Below the pieces are notes generated by a model, which saw only the letters and a list, made by a program, of their open reading frames with translations, was not told the DNA's origin and ran no database searches. The position numbers and the translations under genes were made by a program. A stretch of 64,000 nucleotides of DNA from Patescibacteria group bacterium (GTDB lineage: Bacteria; Patescibacteriota; Patescibacteriia; Patescibacteriales; UBA12465). Positions 17,452 through 25,647 of this stretch are shown here, one piece after another. The stretch covers positions 320,691-384,690 of the forward strand of contig JBAZTY010000001.1 in assembly GCA_041661685.1 (NCBI GenBank), read 5' to 3'. How positions within the stretch are numbered: position 1 is the stretch's first letter; every line of letters starts with the position of its first letter.

Positions 17452-18882
17452 TTAAACGAAAGGCAAGTTAGCCGGCGGGGTCGCCTTCTTCTCAATCATA
17501 TCCGGCACTCCTGGTTTAGAATCAAACTTGGGAGCTAATCGGAAAGATTCGTTAAAGATATCCGGAATCTCAACCGTCCTCTCTTCGGCGATCGGCAGTG
17601 ACGCCGGAGCGTCCGCTTTTCTGCCCGGAGCTTTCTGGATCATCGCTGCTTTGACGTTAGCTTCAACCGGAAAATGCCAAAGAGTCGCTAACTCTTCGAT
17701 ATTATACAAACCCGGCCTGCGGCCCCGATTATCAGAACGTTTTATATAAGCATTCAATATCTTCCGCTTCTTCTCGATTAAGCGCGGTTCACGGAAAAAA
17801 TAAACCGTCTTTGTAAAAGTCATATCCACATCCGGCTTGAGATTATTCAGATCCAAAGATGAAAATTGCTTCATGTATCCGACCAGGCCGTTAGCGACCT
17901 TGCTCTTATTCATGACTTCTTTCTTAGCAATATAAACGGCGCGGATCTTGGCTTCAAAACCGAGCTTGCCAGCCTTGAGCTGGATGCCTTCAACCTTGCG
18001 CTTTTCTCCCGGAGATAATTCCATCATGGATTTCGCCTTCTCTTCCTTAGCTGGACCGATATCTCCCCAGATCGGATAAAATATCTCGCTAGCTTCACCA
18101 AGAGCGACGACGCCCTTAGCGGCGAGACCGGGCTTGGCTTTTTCTTTCCTGCCTAAAATCCGATTGATTTCTTTCTCAGAATCCTTAACCCAACTGAAGC
18201 CTGTCGGAATAACGATAATCTGAAACCAAAAATATTCTCCTTGGCGCAAAGAGCCGCAAAGATCCATCAAGCTCGCCATCGGATCCTTAAATTGAGTCTC
18301 GCTCGGGCCCATCTGGTGTTCAAATTCCTGGTAGCACCTGATGGGATAAGGCCAGGCATTAGCTTGGATAAATTCCGTCCCCCATAAATCATATTCCTCA
18401 TCCGGAACTTTATGCGGCACGTCATTTACATAATCATCAACTTCAGATATTTCCGCATCCGGATATTGCGAATAAACCGCCGATTCGACAAGATTGCGGA
18501 ATTCTAAGGGCGTATAGATGAGAAATTGCGTGTAACCCTCTTGGCTCACTATCTCGAAGCTGAAAGCCTTCTGAAATTTTCCCTCAAACCATTTCTCGAA
18601 AAAATTGATCGAACCATGAGCGCCGCCGAGATAAGTGAACATATTCTCGACCGCTTTCGGCGATTGCTCATTGCCCTTCGGGATATCGACGGCCAAAAGA
18701 ACGCTCTTATGATCCCTTTCCCATTGCTGCCGTATCCAGAAAAGATAGACTTCTCTGATCCCGTACAAGAAGATGAAAGCCAGTATCAGCCAGCCGAAAT
18801 TACCCATAAAAACCCAAAACATCTCGTCCGGGGGCAAGCTTAAAAATTGTTCTAATCTGCTGGTATTTATGACTATATCCAT
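17452..18882 (-). CDS. Hypothetical membrane protein
   Basis: 476 aa. One N-terminal TM (FWVFMGNFGWLILAFIFLYGI), then a soluble domain with no motif I recognise. Tightly packed between the GT4 gene and a terminator. Confidence 0.7.
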   Translation of the reverse strand: MDIVINTSRLEQFLSLPPDEMFWVFMGNFGWLILAFIFLYGIREVYLFWIRQQWERDHKSVLLAVDIPKGNEQSPKAVENMFTYLGGAHGSINFFEKWFEGKFQKAFSFEIVSQEGYTQFLIYTPLEFRNLVESAVYSQYPDAEISEVDDYVNDVPHKVPDEEYDLWGTEFIQANAWPYPIRCYQEFEHQMGPSETQFKDPMASLMDLCGSLRQGEYFWFQIIVIPTGFSWVKDSEKEINRILGRKEKAKPGLAAKGVVALGEASEIFYPIWGDIGPAKEEKAKSMMELSPGEKRKVEGIQLKAGKLGFEAKIRAVYIAKKEVMNKSKVANGLVGYMKQFSSLDLNNLKPDVDMTFTKTVYFFREPRLIEKKRKILNAYIKRSDNRGRRPGLYNIEELATLWHFPVEANVKAAMIQKAPGRKADAPASLPIAEERTVEIPDIFNESFRLAPKFDSKPGVPDMIEKKATPPANLPFV

Positions 18883-18919
18883 ATCACAAGATTATACAGG
18901 CATTTTACCATATCTAGAA

Positions 18920-18963
18920 TAAAAAATGAAACCCGTTTTCAGCAAAAACGGGTTTCATTTTAT
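18920..18963. terminator. Strong bidirectional rho-independent terminator
   Basis: ATGAAACCCGTTTT-cagca-AAAACGGGTTTCAT (18926..18958), flanked by an A-run and a T-run. Lies 44 nt downstream of the stop of the 19002..20066 gene. Confidence 0.75.
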
Positions 18964-19001
18964 AAGTGGTTATTGATTGTTCGGGACGCCTTCAGAATAC
19001 C

Positions 19002-20066
19002 TTATTTCTGCCATTCCTTGAGGCCGTAAGTTCCGCGGTTGACAAGCACATAACGGTCATCCAGAATCAGTTCATTGTGGACGGTCGCGGCGTTCGCGGT
19101 CTTCTTATCGAATTTCATCTCGTTTATCTTCTTAGCAATCTCAGTGAAATGTAATGGGCTGCCAGTATGCTTTAAAATCAGGTAAATCTTATCATTAACG
19201 GTCTTAGGTTTGACCTCGCCCCAATCGGCGATGCCCCATTCTCCGTATTTATTCTGCTCCAAATTCTTTAAAGCCTGCATGAGAGAATATAAGATCTTAT
19301 TGCTATTGATAGTTTCAGCCTTATCTGGGAAGACCTGACTCTTGAAAATACTGGTGATATCGGCGGAACCGCTGGTCAATTTAGCGGAATGCTTATTATA
19401 GGCATCCAGTTTTTTTAGGACATCCAAGAGTTCTTCAGTAGTGAAAGTTTTTTTCAGGCCGTCTACTTTCTTCAAGAGATCGGTGGCCAGCTCTTCCAGG
19501 TGGCCGACTTCCGCGTCCTTCTTCTTGAAAGACGGGTTGAACTGCTCGGAATCTCCAACGAGTTCCAAGTCGTCGCTCATCAATTTAGAAATCAAGAAAT
19601 TAAAATGATTGCGGTAAGATTGGCGGTTAGCTTCGGTATCGACGCTAGCTTCGGTCGAACCATTGAGTTCGAACGAAATAACGGTCAAAATATCTAAAAG
19701 ATAATCGCGTCTGATAAGCCCGCCGTGTTCAGTCAATAGGCTTTCAACAACTTCTTTTAAAGAAGAGATGGATTCTTCCAGTTTTTCCAATTTCTTGATC
19801 TTCTTGATGCTAGCCGCTTCGATCTGACGGACGCGCTCTCTAGTTAATTTATGCAAGCTGCCAATCTTTTCCAGAGTTTCACCCTTATCTCCCTTTAATC
19901 CAAAGCGGCGGGATAAAATGTCTTTTTCCCGATCAAGCAGTTCTGAGAACAAAGAATCGACGATACTGATGGCGTCTAAGCGCGTCAGTTCTTCAGTCTT
20001 CTTGTCCTTGATCATTTTTTCTAATAAGTTTTCCATATTTTCCATATAAAAAAAATAAACCGACAA
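19002..20066 (-). CDS. Sigma-70 region-4-like HTH + C-terminal HARE-HTH protein
   Basis: 354 aa. ILSRRFGL..GETLEKIGSLHKLTRERVRQIEAASIKKIKKL matches sigma-70 region 4. The C-terminus LILKHTGSPLHFTEIAKKINE...VHNELILDDRYVLVNRGTYGLKEW matches the HARE-HTH (RpoE-delta N-terminal type) pattern. The start may instead be MENMENLL (20045). Confidence 0.8.
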   Translation of the reverse strand: MSVYFFYMENMENLLEKMIKDKKTEELTRLDAISIVDSLFSELLDREKDILSRRFGLKGDKGETLEKIGSLHKLTRERVRQIEAASIKKIKKLEKLEESISSLKEVVESLLTEHGGLIRRDYLLDILTVISFELNGSTEASVDTEANRQSYRNHFNFLISKLMSDDLELVGDSEQFNPSFKKKDAEVGHLEELATDLLKKVDGLKKTFTTEELLDVLKKLDAYNKHSAKLTSGSADITSIFKSQVFPDKAETINSNKILYSLMQALKNLEQNKYGEWGIADWGEVKPKTVNDKIYLILKHTGSPLHFTEIAKKINEMKFDKKTANAATVHNELILDDRYVLVNRGTYGLKEWQK

Positions 20067-20073
20067 TTGATAT

Positions 20074-21069
20074 TTATTTCTCCCCTAATTTATCACAATA
20101 TTTTATATTAGTCAACCCCCGATAAAGCTTTAATGCGCAAAAGTACTCTTTTAAAAGAAATTGCTCTAATATAAGAGAAAATATTAATAGAGTTGATATT
20201 TCTAGGCAGATGATAATTTTATTGACAAAGTTCTGTTTTTTCCAGTGTTTCAAAAAAATCAGATGCTGATTCCGGAAAGACCAAGCTCTTATCTTCCGGC
20301 TTTTTGACTGCCGATCACGCCAAAAACCTTTCATGCCCTGGCCGGAAACGGTGGCTGTCCGATCATGATAGATGATAGCTTCAGGAATCAGCTTCGAAGA
20401 ATAACCTGCCAGGAAAAGACGATAAGCTAAGTCGCAATCTTCTTTATACATAAAGAAGCGTTCATCATAATACTGGCTGCCGCCTTCCCGGCGGCTCTCG
20501 GCTATCTTTTCCATAGCGCTCAAACGGAATAAGCCGGCAGCTCCCGAGGGGCCTAATATAGGATAAGAGATATTTTTTCCATCGTCCTTGATTCCCTGTT
20601 TCAAATCGCTAAACCTCAGACCAGACTTTAAGACTAGGCCGAGAGAATCGACTAGACTGGTTTTTATCTGGTTGCTGAAATCCCAGCGCAATAATTTCGG
20701 AGCGGCCGAACCGAGCGAGCCGTCACTATCTAGAGCGGCCACCAGCTTCTTAATCGCTTCCGGCTCAATGAGCGTATCCGGATTGATGACCAAAAAATAT
20801 TCGGCCTTATTTTTTATCGCTTCTCTAACCAGATAATTATAGGCTCGAGAAAATCCTAAATTATAGCCATGGCAGAAATAAACAATATTCTCAGACTGCT
20901 TCAATCTCCGGATATTAGCTAAGTTACCCTTATCGCTATTGTCAAAGGCATAAACCCGGTAATCATCGGGCGACAAAAAATCCAAAGCTCTCTCTAGGCT
21001 CGGTAAAAAATCGCCCAGATATTTAGCGGTCGCCTCATTATAAGTTAAAAAACCGACGGCTAATTTCAT
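20074..21069 (-). CDS. Glycosyltransferase family 2 (rhamnosyltransferase-like)
   Basis: 331 aa. GT-A N-terminus (VGFLTYNE...YAFDNSD), DxD-like region, and EDCDLAYRL typical of GT2. Has a C-terminal hydrophobic helix. Confidence 0.85.
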   Translation of the reverse strand: MKLAVGFLTYNEATAKYLGDFLPSLERALDFLSPDDYRVYAFDNSDKGNLANIRRLKQSENIVYFCHGYNLGFSRAYNYLVREAIKNKAEYFLVINPDTLIEPEAIKKLVAALDSDGSLGSAAPKLLRWDFSNQIKTSLVDSLGLVLKSGLRFSDLKQGIKDDGKNISYPILGPSGAAGLFRLSAMEKIAESRREGGSQYYDERFFMYKEDCDLAYRLFLAGYSSKLIPEAIIYHDRTATVSGQGMKGFWRDRQSKSRKIRAWSFRNQHLIFLKHWKKQNFVNKIIICLEISTLLIFSLILEQFLLKEYFCALKLYRGLTNIKYCDKLGEK

Positions 21070-21077
21070 AAGTTATT

Positions 21078-21803
21078 TTAGATGACCATCTTATCGACTA
21101 GTTTTTCTTTAGCAAAATTCTGGGCCTTGAGCAGACTGTCAAAAGTTCCGGCATCCAGCCATTCTCCGTCAATGATAGCGACTTCAAGCTCGTCTTTTTT
21201 CAAGAACCAATTATTAACATCGGCGATTTCTAATTCTCCGCGCGCGCTCGGCTTGATCTCTTTGGCGACCTGGACGATACGATGGTCATAGATATATAAG
21301 CCAGTTACGGCGTAATCGCTCAAGTATTCTTGCGGCTTTTCTACGATCTTTTCCGCTTTCATGTGCTCATCGAACTTAACCACGCCGAAGCGCTCCGGAT
21401 CAGAAACCTTCTTAGCGAAAACTTTCGCTCCGCCCTTGAAGCTCTTCACGGCTTCGGTGATGTCATCTTCAAAAATATTATCGCCCAAAATCATCACGAC
21501 ATCTTCCTGGTCAATAAAATTCTCACCAATAATGAAAGCCTGGGCTAAGCCCTCGGGATGATCCTGGATCTCGTAAGTGAATTTAACGCCGAATTCCTTG
21601 CCGGAACCGAGCAGATTAAGATAATCGCCAGCGCGTTCCGGAGCGACGATGATCAGGATCTCCTTGATACCCGCTTTGATGAGCGTATTTAACGGATAAT
21701 AGATCATCGGCCGATTATAGATCGGCAGCAATTGCTTAGAAGTGATCTTGGTGAGCGGTCTGAGCCTGGTGCCGGAACCGCCGGAGAGGATGATGCCTCG
21801 CAT
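21078..21803 (-). CDS. rfbA: Sugar-1-phosphate nucleotidylyltransferase (glucose-1-phosphate thymidylyltransferase-like, short)
   Basis: 241 aa. MRGIILSGGSGTRLRPLTKITSKQLLPIYNRPMIYYPL closely parallels the RmlA N-terminus. Sugar specificity is not provable from sequence alone. Confidence 0.8.
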   Translation of the reverse strand: MRGIILSGGSGTRLRPLTKITSKQLLPIYNRPMIYYPLNTLIKAGIKEILIIVAPERAGDYLNLLGSGKEFGVKFTYEIQDHPEGLAQAFIIGENFIDQEDVVMILGDNIFEDDITEAVKSFKGGAKVFAKKVSDPERFGVVKFDEHMKAEKIVEKPQEYLSDYAVTGLYIYDHRIVQVAKEIKPSARGELEIADVNNWFLKKDELEVAIIDGEWLDAGTFDSLLKAQNFAKEKLVDKMVI

Positions 21804-21860
21804 AAATTTTTATGTTACATTATATATTAAATTAACGTGAAGCGAAAAAATATGATTTAT

Positions 21861-22721
21861 CTATTTTTCTTCCAGATATTCTTTTAAAGCTTCTTTCCAA
21901 TTGCGTAATTTATGGACCCTGGTATTCAGAAGCACGGAGAATTTCGGACGACGGGCGGCGCGGAGCAGGTTCTCGCTACGCACGGCGCGTAAAAATACTT
22001 TCATCTTCTTCTGGCGGAATAACTCTGTCGCCGCTTCATACCAAGTCGCCGGGCCTTCATTTATCAAATGATATATCCCGAACGGGACTTCCAATTCCCA
22101 TAAGCGCCTAGTCGCGGCCGCTAGATCGGACGTGTAAGTGAAGCAGCTTAATTCTTCATTTACGACCGTGAGTTCCTTCTTATCTTGAGCCAGATTCAAC
22201 ATGATGTCAAAAAAACTCGGCTTGGCATTCGGACTGCTTCCGGCCGGTCCGAATAGCTTCGAAGTTCTAATTAGGTAATAATTCAGGCCTAGCCCGGCGC
22301 GGCGCAATAATTCCCTTTCACCTTGAAACTTACTCTCGCCGTATTTATTGACCGGATTCGGCGTCTCGTCTTCATTAAAAGACTGCTTCTGCTCTGTGCC
22401 GCTAAAGACATAATCGGAAGAATAATGGATTAAGGTTGCGCCGATTTCCATAGCCAATTCGGCCAAAGCCTCTGGCAGGGCGACATTAAGCTTCATAGCG
22501 GCGGCCAAACCATCCTTATCCTCGCATTTATCTACCGCGTTATAGGCAACGGTATTAATGATGAGCTCCGGCTTAAGCTCCCTGACTTTGGCGCCTAAAG
22601 CGACGGAATCAAGCACGTCCAAATCCTCCCGATCCCAGGAGACGGTTTCATAGTCGGCAGAAAATAATTTAGTCAGCTGAGAGCCGAGATTGCCGCAGCC
22701 CCCCAAGATAAGTATAGACAT
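21861..22721 (-). CDS. rfbD: dTDP-4-dehydrorhamnose reductase
   Basis: Track ORF 21861..22748. The Rossmann motif starts at MSILILGGCGNLGSQL (ATG at 22721). YSSDYVFSG and the PNPVNKYGESK catalytic YxxxK region are typical of RmlD. Confidence 0.88.
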   Translation of the reverse strand: MSILILGGCGNLGSQLTKLFSADYETVSWDREDLDVLDSVALGAKVRELKPELIINTVAYNAVDKCEDKDGLAAAMKLNVALPEALAELAMEIGATLIHYSSDYVFSGTEQKQSFNEDETPNPVNKYGESKFQGERELLRRAGLGLNYYLIRTSKLFGPAGSSPNAKPSFFDIMLNLAQDKKELTVVNEELSCFTYTSDLAAATRRLWELEVPFGIYHLINEGPATWYEAATELFRQKKMKVFLRAVRSENLLRAARRPKFSVLLNTRVHKLRNWKEALKEYLEEK

Positions 22722-22741
22722 GATTCCAGTATACCAAGCCG

Positions 22742-22768
22742 TTGACAAAAATCAAGAAAAACTATAAA
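22742..22768 (+). promoter_or_regulatory. Candidate sigma-70 promoter for the plus-strand accessory pair
   Basis: TTGACA (22742..22747) and TATAAA (22763..22768), but the spacer is only 15 nt. About 60 nt upstream of the 22829 start. Confidence 0.3.
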
Positions 22769-22828
22769 CTTAGAAGAATTTATGTAACTTAAAAAATAAA
22801 TATTAACCAAATAAAACCCAGCTACCCC

Positions 22829-23776
22829 ATGAGAAAAATCATGCTTTTTTCAGGATTAGTCCTGTTAATCTCTTACAGCCAGGCTGCAGGCATTCATGAC
22901 CAGCCAGGATTGGTCGTTAAATACGGTAATCAATTCCTGGTGCTAGAGAAAGGAAGACCGACGAGCGCTAAAGATAAATCTTTCATTTTTCACCAAGAAA
23001 GCTTTAGTGCTATTCATTTTTATGAGATTAATAATCGCGATTTTGACGAAGTTTATATCGTTAAGGACACGATCAAGATTATCGACCCTCTAGTAGAAGG
23101 AACGATCACTTCTTTCGGCTCAACTCTATCCATAGATGCCTACGAAATCTGGAAAAGCGGCCAGAAAAAAATCTACCGGAGAAGCTATAACCAAGGTTAT
23201 AATGCTTGGCTGACTCAGAATATAATTCGATCAGTAGAAACTTCCCTCTACTATAGCGGCCACGAAATATGGGCCTATCAAACTGAAAAATCACAATCGC
23301 GCTTCCCCTGGGAAAATATCGCCTTGTTTCTAGCTTTATTTATTGTTGGAATAAAGACGAGAAATGTTTTCAGGAATTGCGGCCGAGTCAGCCTAGCCCT
23401 AGTGGCCACCCTCTACTTGATTGTAGCGATAGCTTTTCTCGGACCATGGACGATACTCGCCAAATCCCGAGACAGCTTTATCATGGTGCTAGTCGCGACG
23501 TTCAGCTTGATCGTTATGCTCGCCAATGACTATAATTCAATCTTCTTATTCTTAAGCAAAAGAAAGAACAAGAAAAGAACTCGATTGGGATTCATCGTAG
23601 TTATAGGCATGAACCTGCTGATCGGTACGATCTTCTTCTTAAGCCTAGGCTATTATCAATTCATCTGGCTCAGCCTCGGTGCCGGATTAGCCGCCTATTT
23701 CTTCCCCTTCTGCAGGGGTAAGAGAGACTCTAAAAGAGAATTCATAATTCCGACATCAGAAAAATTGGAAGCTTAA
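22829..23776 (+). CDS. Hypothetical membrane protein (signal peptide + extracytoplasmic domain + about 4-5 TM)
   Basis: 315 aa. MRKIMLFSGLVLLISYSQAAG signal, a ~150-aa soluble part, then hydrophobic helices (IALFLALFIVGI, LALVATLYLIVAIAFLG, IMVLVATFSLIVML, FIVVIGMNLLIGTIFFLSL, LSLGAGLAAYFF). No recognisable family. Confidence 0.65.
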   Translation: MRKIMLFSGLVLLISYSQAAGIHDQPGLVVKYGNQFLVLEKGRPTSAKDKSFIFHQESFSAIHFYEINNRDFDEVYIVKDTIKIIDPLVEGTITSFGSTLSIDAYEIWKSGQKKIYRRSYNQGYNAWLTQNIIRSVETSLYYSGHEIWAYQTEKSQSRFPWENIALFLALFIVGIKTRNVFRNCGRVSLALVATLYLIVAIAFLGPWTILAKSRDSFIMVLVATFSLIVMLANDYNSIFLFLSKRKNKKRTRLGFIVVIGMNLLIGTIFFLSLGYYQFIWLSLGAGLAAYFFPFCRGKRDSKREFIIPTSEKLEA

Positions 23777-23795
23777 AACCTTTAAATCTGAAAAA

Positions 23796-24308
23796 ATGGA
23801 AACATTAAGCAGTGTAAAAAATAGGATTCTCAAGACTCGAGATATCGAAGAAGCGGGAAAAATGATCCTTCGCTATAGCCATAGCAAGAATAATTTCAAG
23901 CTCTCTGATATCATCGAAAGTCCGGAAGTGTGCAATCATCTCGGCTGGCTGCTATTTAAATTAGAGCCGCCCATTCCGACAGGCAGCCGCCAGGAAGATA
24001 TGCGAAGAGAAGCTGAATGGCAAGCAAAATATTATGAGATAGGCAAGGATCTCTACATCATGATGGTTGACGTCCATGGCAGAGGCAGCTTAATCATAAC
24101 TCCTTTCCTGGCTGCTTGGTATTCTAAATTCCTGGGAAGCAGAATATCCTGCCGCAATCAAGAAGACCCCAGCTATCTTTCCGACGGAGAAATGAGAGAA
24201 CTAGCTCGCATAACCGATAGCAGCACTAGAGCGGCTATTGATCAATGCTATTGCGATCGGATCAGGAAAGTCTGGGTGAATAAGCCCAAAGAAAACCCGA
24301 TTAAATAA
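23796..24308 (+). CDS. Hypothetical cytoplasmic protein
   Basis: 170-aa ORF, 19 nt after the preceding gene and followed directly by a strong terminator. No recognisable motif. Confidence 0.6.
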   Translation: METLSSVKNRILKTRDIEEAGKMILRYSHSKNNFKLSDIIESPEVCNHLGWLLFKLEPPIPTGSRQEDMRREAEWQAKYYEIGKDLYIMMVDVHGRGSLIITPFLAAWYSKFLGSRISCRNQEDPSYLSDGEMRELARITDSSTRAAIDQCYCDRIRKVWVNKPKENPIK

Positions 24309-24315
24309 CGTAATC

Positions 24316-24350
24316 AAAAAAGCCTCGAAAAAATCGAGGCTTTTCTATTT
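24316..24350. terminator. Bidirectional rho-independent terminator
   Basis: AGCCTCGA-aaaaa-TCGAGGCT (24321..24341) with a 5' A-run and a 3' TTTTCTATTTT. Sits between the convergent genes 23796..24308 (+) and murF (-). Confidence 0.8.
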
Positions 24351-24359
24351 TCTAGAATA

Positions 24360-25646
24360 TTATTCTTCCCATTCCTCTCCTTGGCGCACTAATAATTCGC
24401 GCGCACGTTCCGGTTCAGCCATAATCTCTTTGACCGCTCTTTCCATGCGCATGCCCTGCGAGCCTTTGACGAGAATAACATCGCCAGCCTTGAGCCTGTC
24501 CTGCAAGAAAGCGCCAGCTTCTAGAGAATGATCGAAATGAAAAATATTATCTTTGCTCAGGCCGGCTGCTATCGCCGCCCTGATGGAATCGCGAGACTTC
24601 TCACCGACCGCGATCAGATAATCGATGCCGCCACTCACGACTTTTTGACCAACTAGCTGATGACCCTCTTCAGTATAATGCCCAATTTCCAGCATATCGC
24701 CTAAGACCGCGTATTTAGAAGCGGACGAATCTATCTTGATACGGCTGAGAATATCCAAGGCGCTAATCGTCGCTTCCGGCGAAGAATTATAAGTATCGTC
24801 GATAATGAAAGTATGCTTGATGCCCGGCAAGATATTCATGCGTCCGTGCGGCAAAGAAAAATCCTTCAAGGCCGCCGCAATCTCGACGAGATTCATGCCG
24901 AAATACAAGCCGACGGCCGCCGCCGCTAAAGCCGCATACAGGACAGTTTCCGACATGACATTATCCATGAAGACCGGCACAATCGAGCCCTGATGATTCA
25001 TCTTGAAATTCAAGCCGGACAATTCATAATTGCCCTTGGTAAAATTATAAACAATATCTTGCGCCTGAAGATCAGCGCCTGCTTTCAAGCCGTAAGTCAA
25101 AACTTTTGTCTTGCTAGCTTCGGCCATCTCTCGCGCCGCGTCATTATCATAATTTAAAATCGCCAAACCCTTATTATCGAGATTCTCGATCAAGACTTGT
25201 TTCTCTTTCTTAATGTTCATAAGGCTGCCGAAATATTCCAGATGCGAATAGCTGATAGCGGTGATGATGCCAATATTAGGCGGAGCGATAGCGGTGAGAT
25301 AAGCCATATCGCCCGGACGATCGACGCCCATCTCTAGGACCAACACGCGCGGATATTTCTCATCTTTAAATAAAATGAGCTCCATAGCCTTGAAGAATAT
25401 TCCTATCCAACCGAACAGATTCCGGCCAGCCGATTCGACGCCGATGATAGTAAGCGGCAAACCAATCTCATTATTATAATTCTTCTGGCTCATAGCGACC
25501 GCTTCCCGATCCTTTAAGACCGCGAAAATCGCCTCCTTGGCGCTCGTCTTGCCCACGGAACCGGTGATGCCAATTATAAGAGGCTGATACTTCTTCAGGA
25601 TCAGCCGGGCTAATATTTTTAATTTCACTTGCAATATCTTTCTCAT
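24360..25646 (-). CDS. murF: UDP-N-acetylmuramoyl-tripeptide--D-alanyl-D-alanine ligase
   Basis: 428 aa. Mur ligase P-loop IGITGSVGKTS and MurF-like middle and C-terminal domains. Last gene of the dcw block. Confidence 0.92.
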   Translation of the reverse strand: MRKILQVKLKILARLILKKYQPLIIGITGSVGKTSAKEAIFAVLKDREAVAMSQKNYNNEIGLPLTIIGVESAGRNLFGWIGIFFKAMELILFKDEKYPRVLVLEMGVDRPGDMAYLTAIAPPNIGIITAISYSHLEYFGSLMNIKKEKQVLIENLDNKGLAILNYDNDAAREMAEASKTKVLTYGLKAGADLQAQDIVYNFTKGNYELSGLNFKMNHQGSIVPVFMDNVMSETVLYAALAAAAVGLYFGMNLVEIAAALKDFSLPHGRMNILPGIKHTFIIDDTYNSSPEATISALDILSRIKIDSSASKYAVLGDMLEIGHYTEEGHQLVGQKVVSGGIDYLIAVGEKSRDSIRAAIAAGLSKDNIFHFDHSLEAGAFLQDRLKAGDVILVKGSQGMRMERAVKEIMAEPERARELLVRQGEEWEE

Positions 25647-25647
25647 A

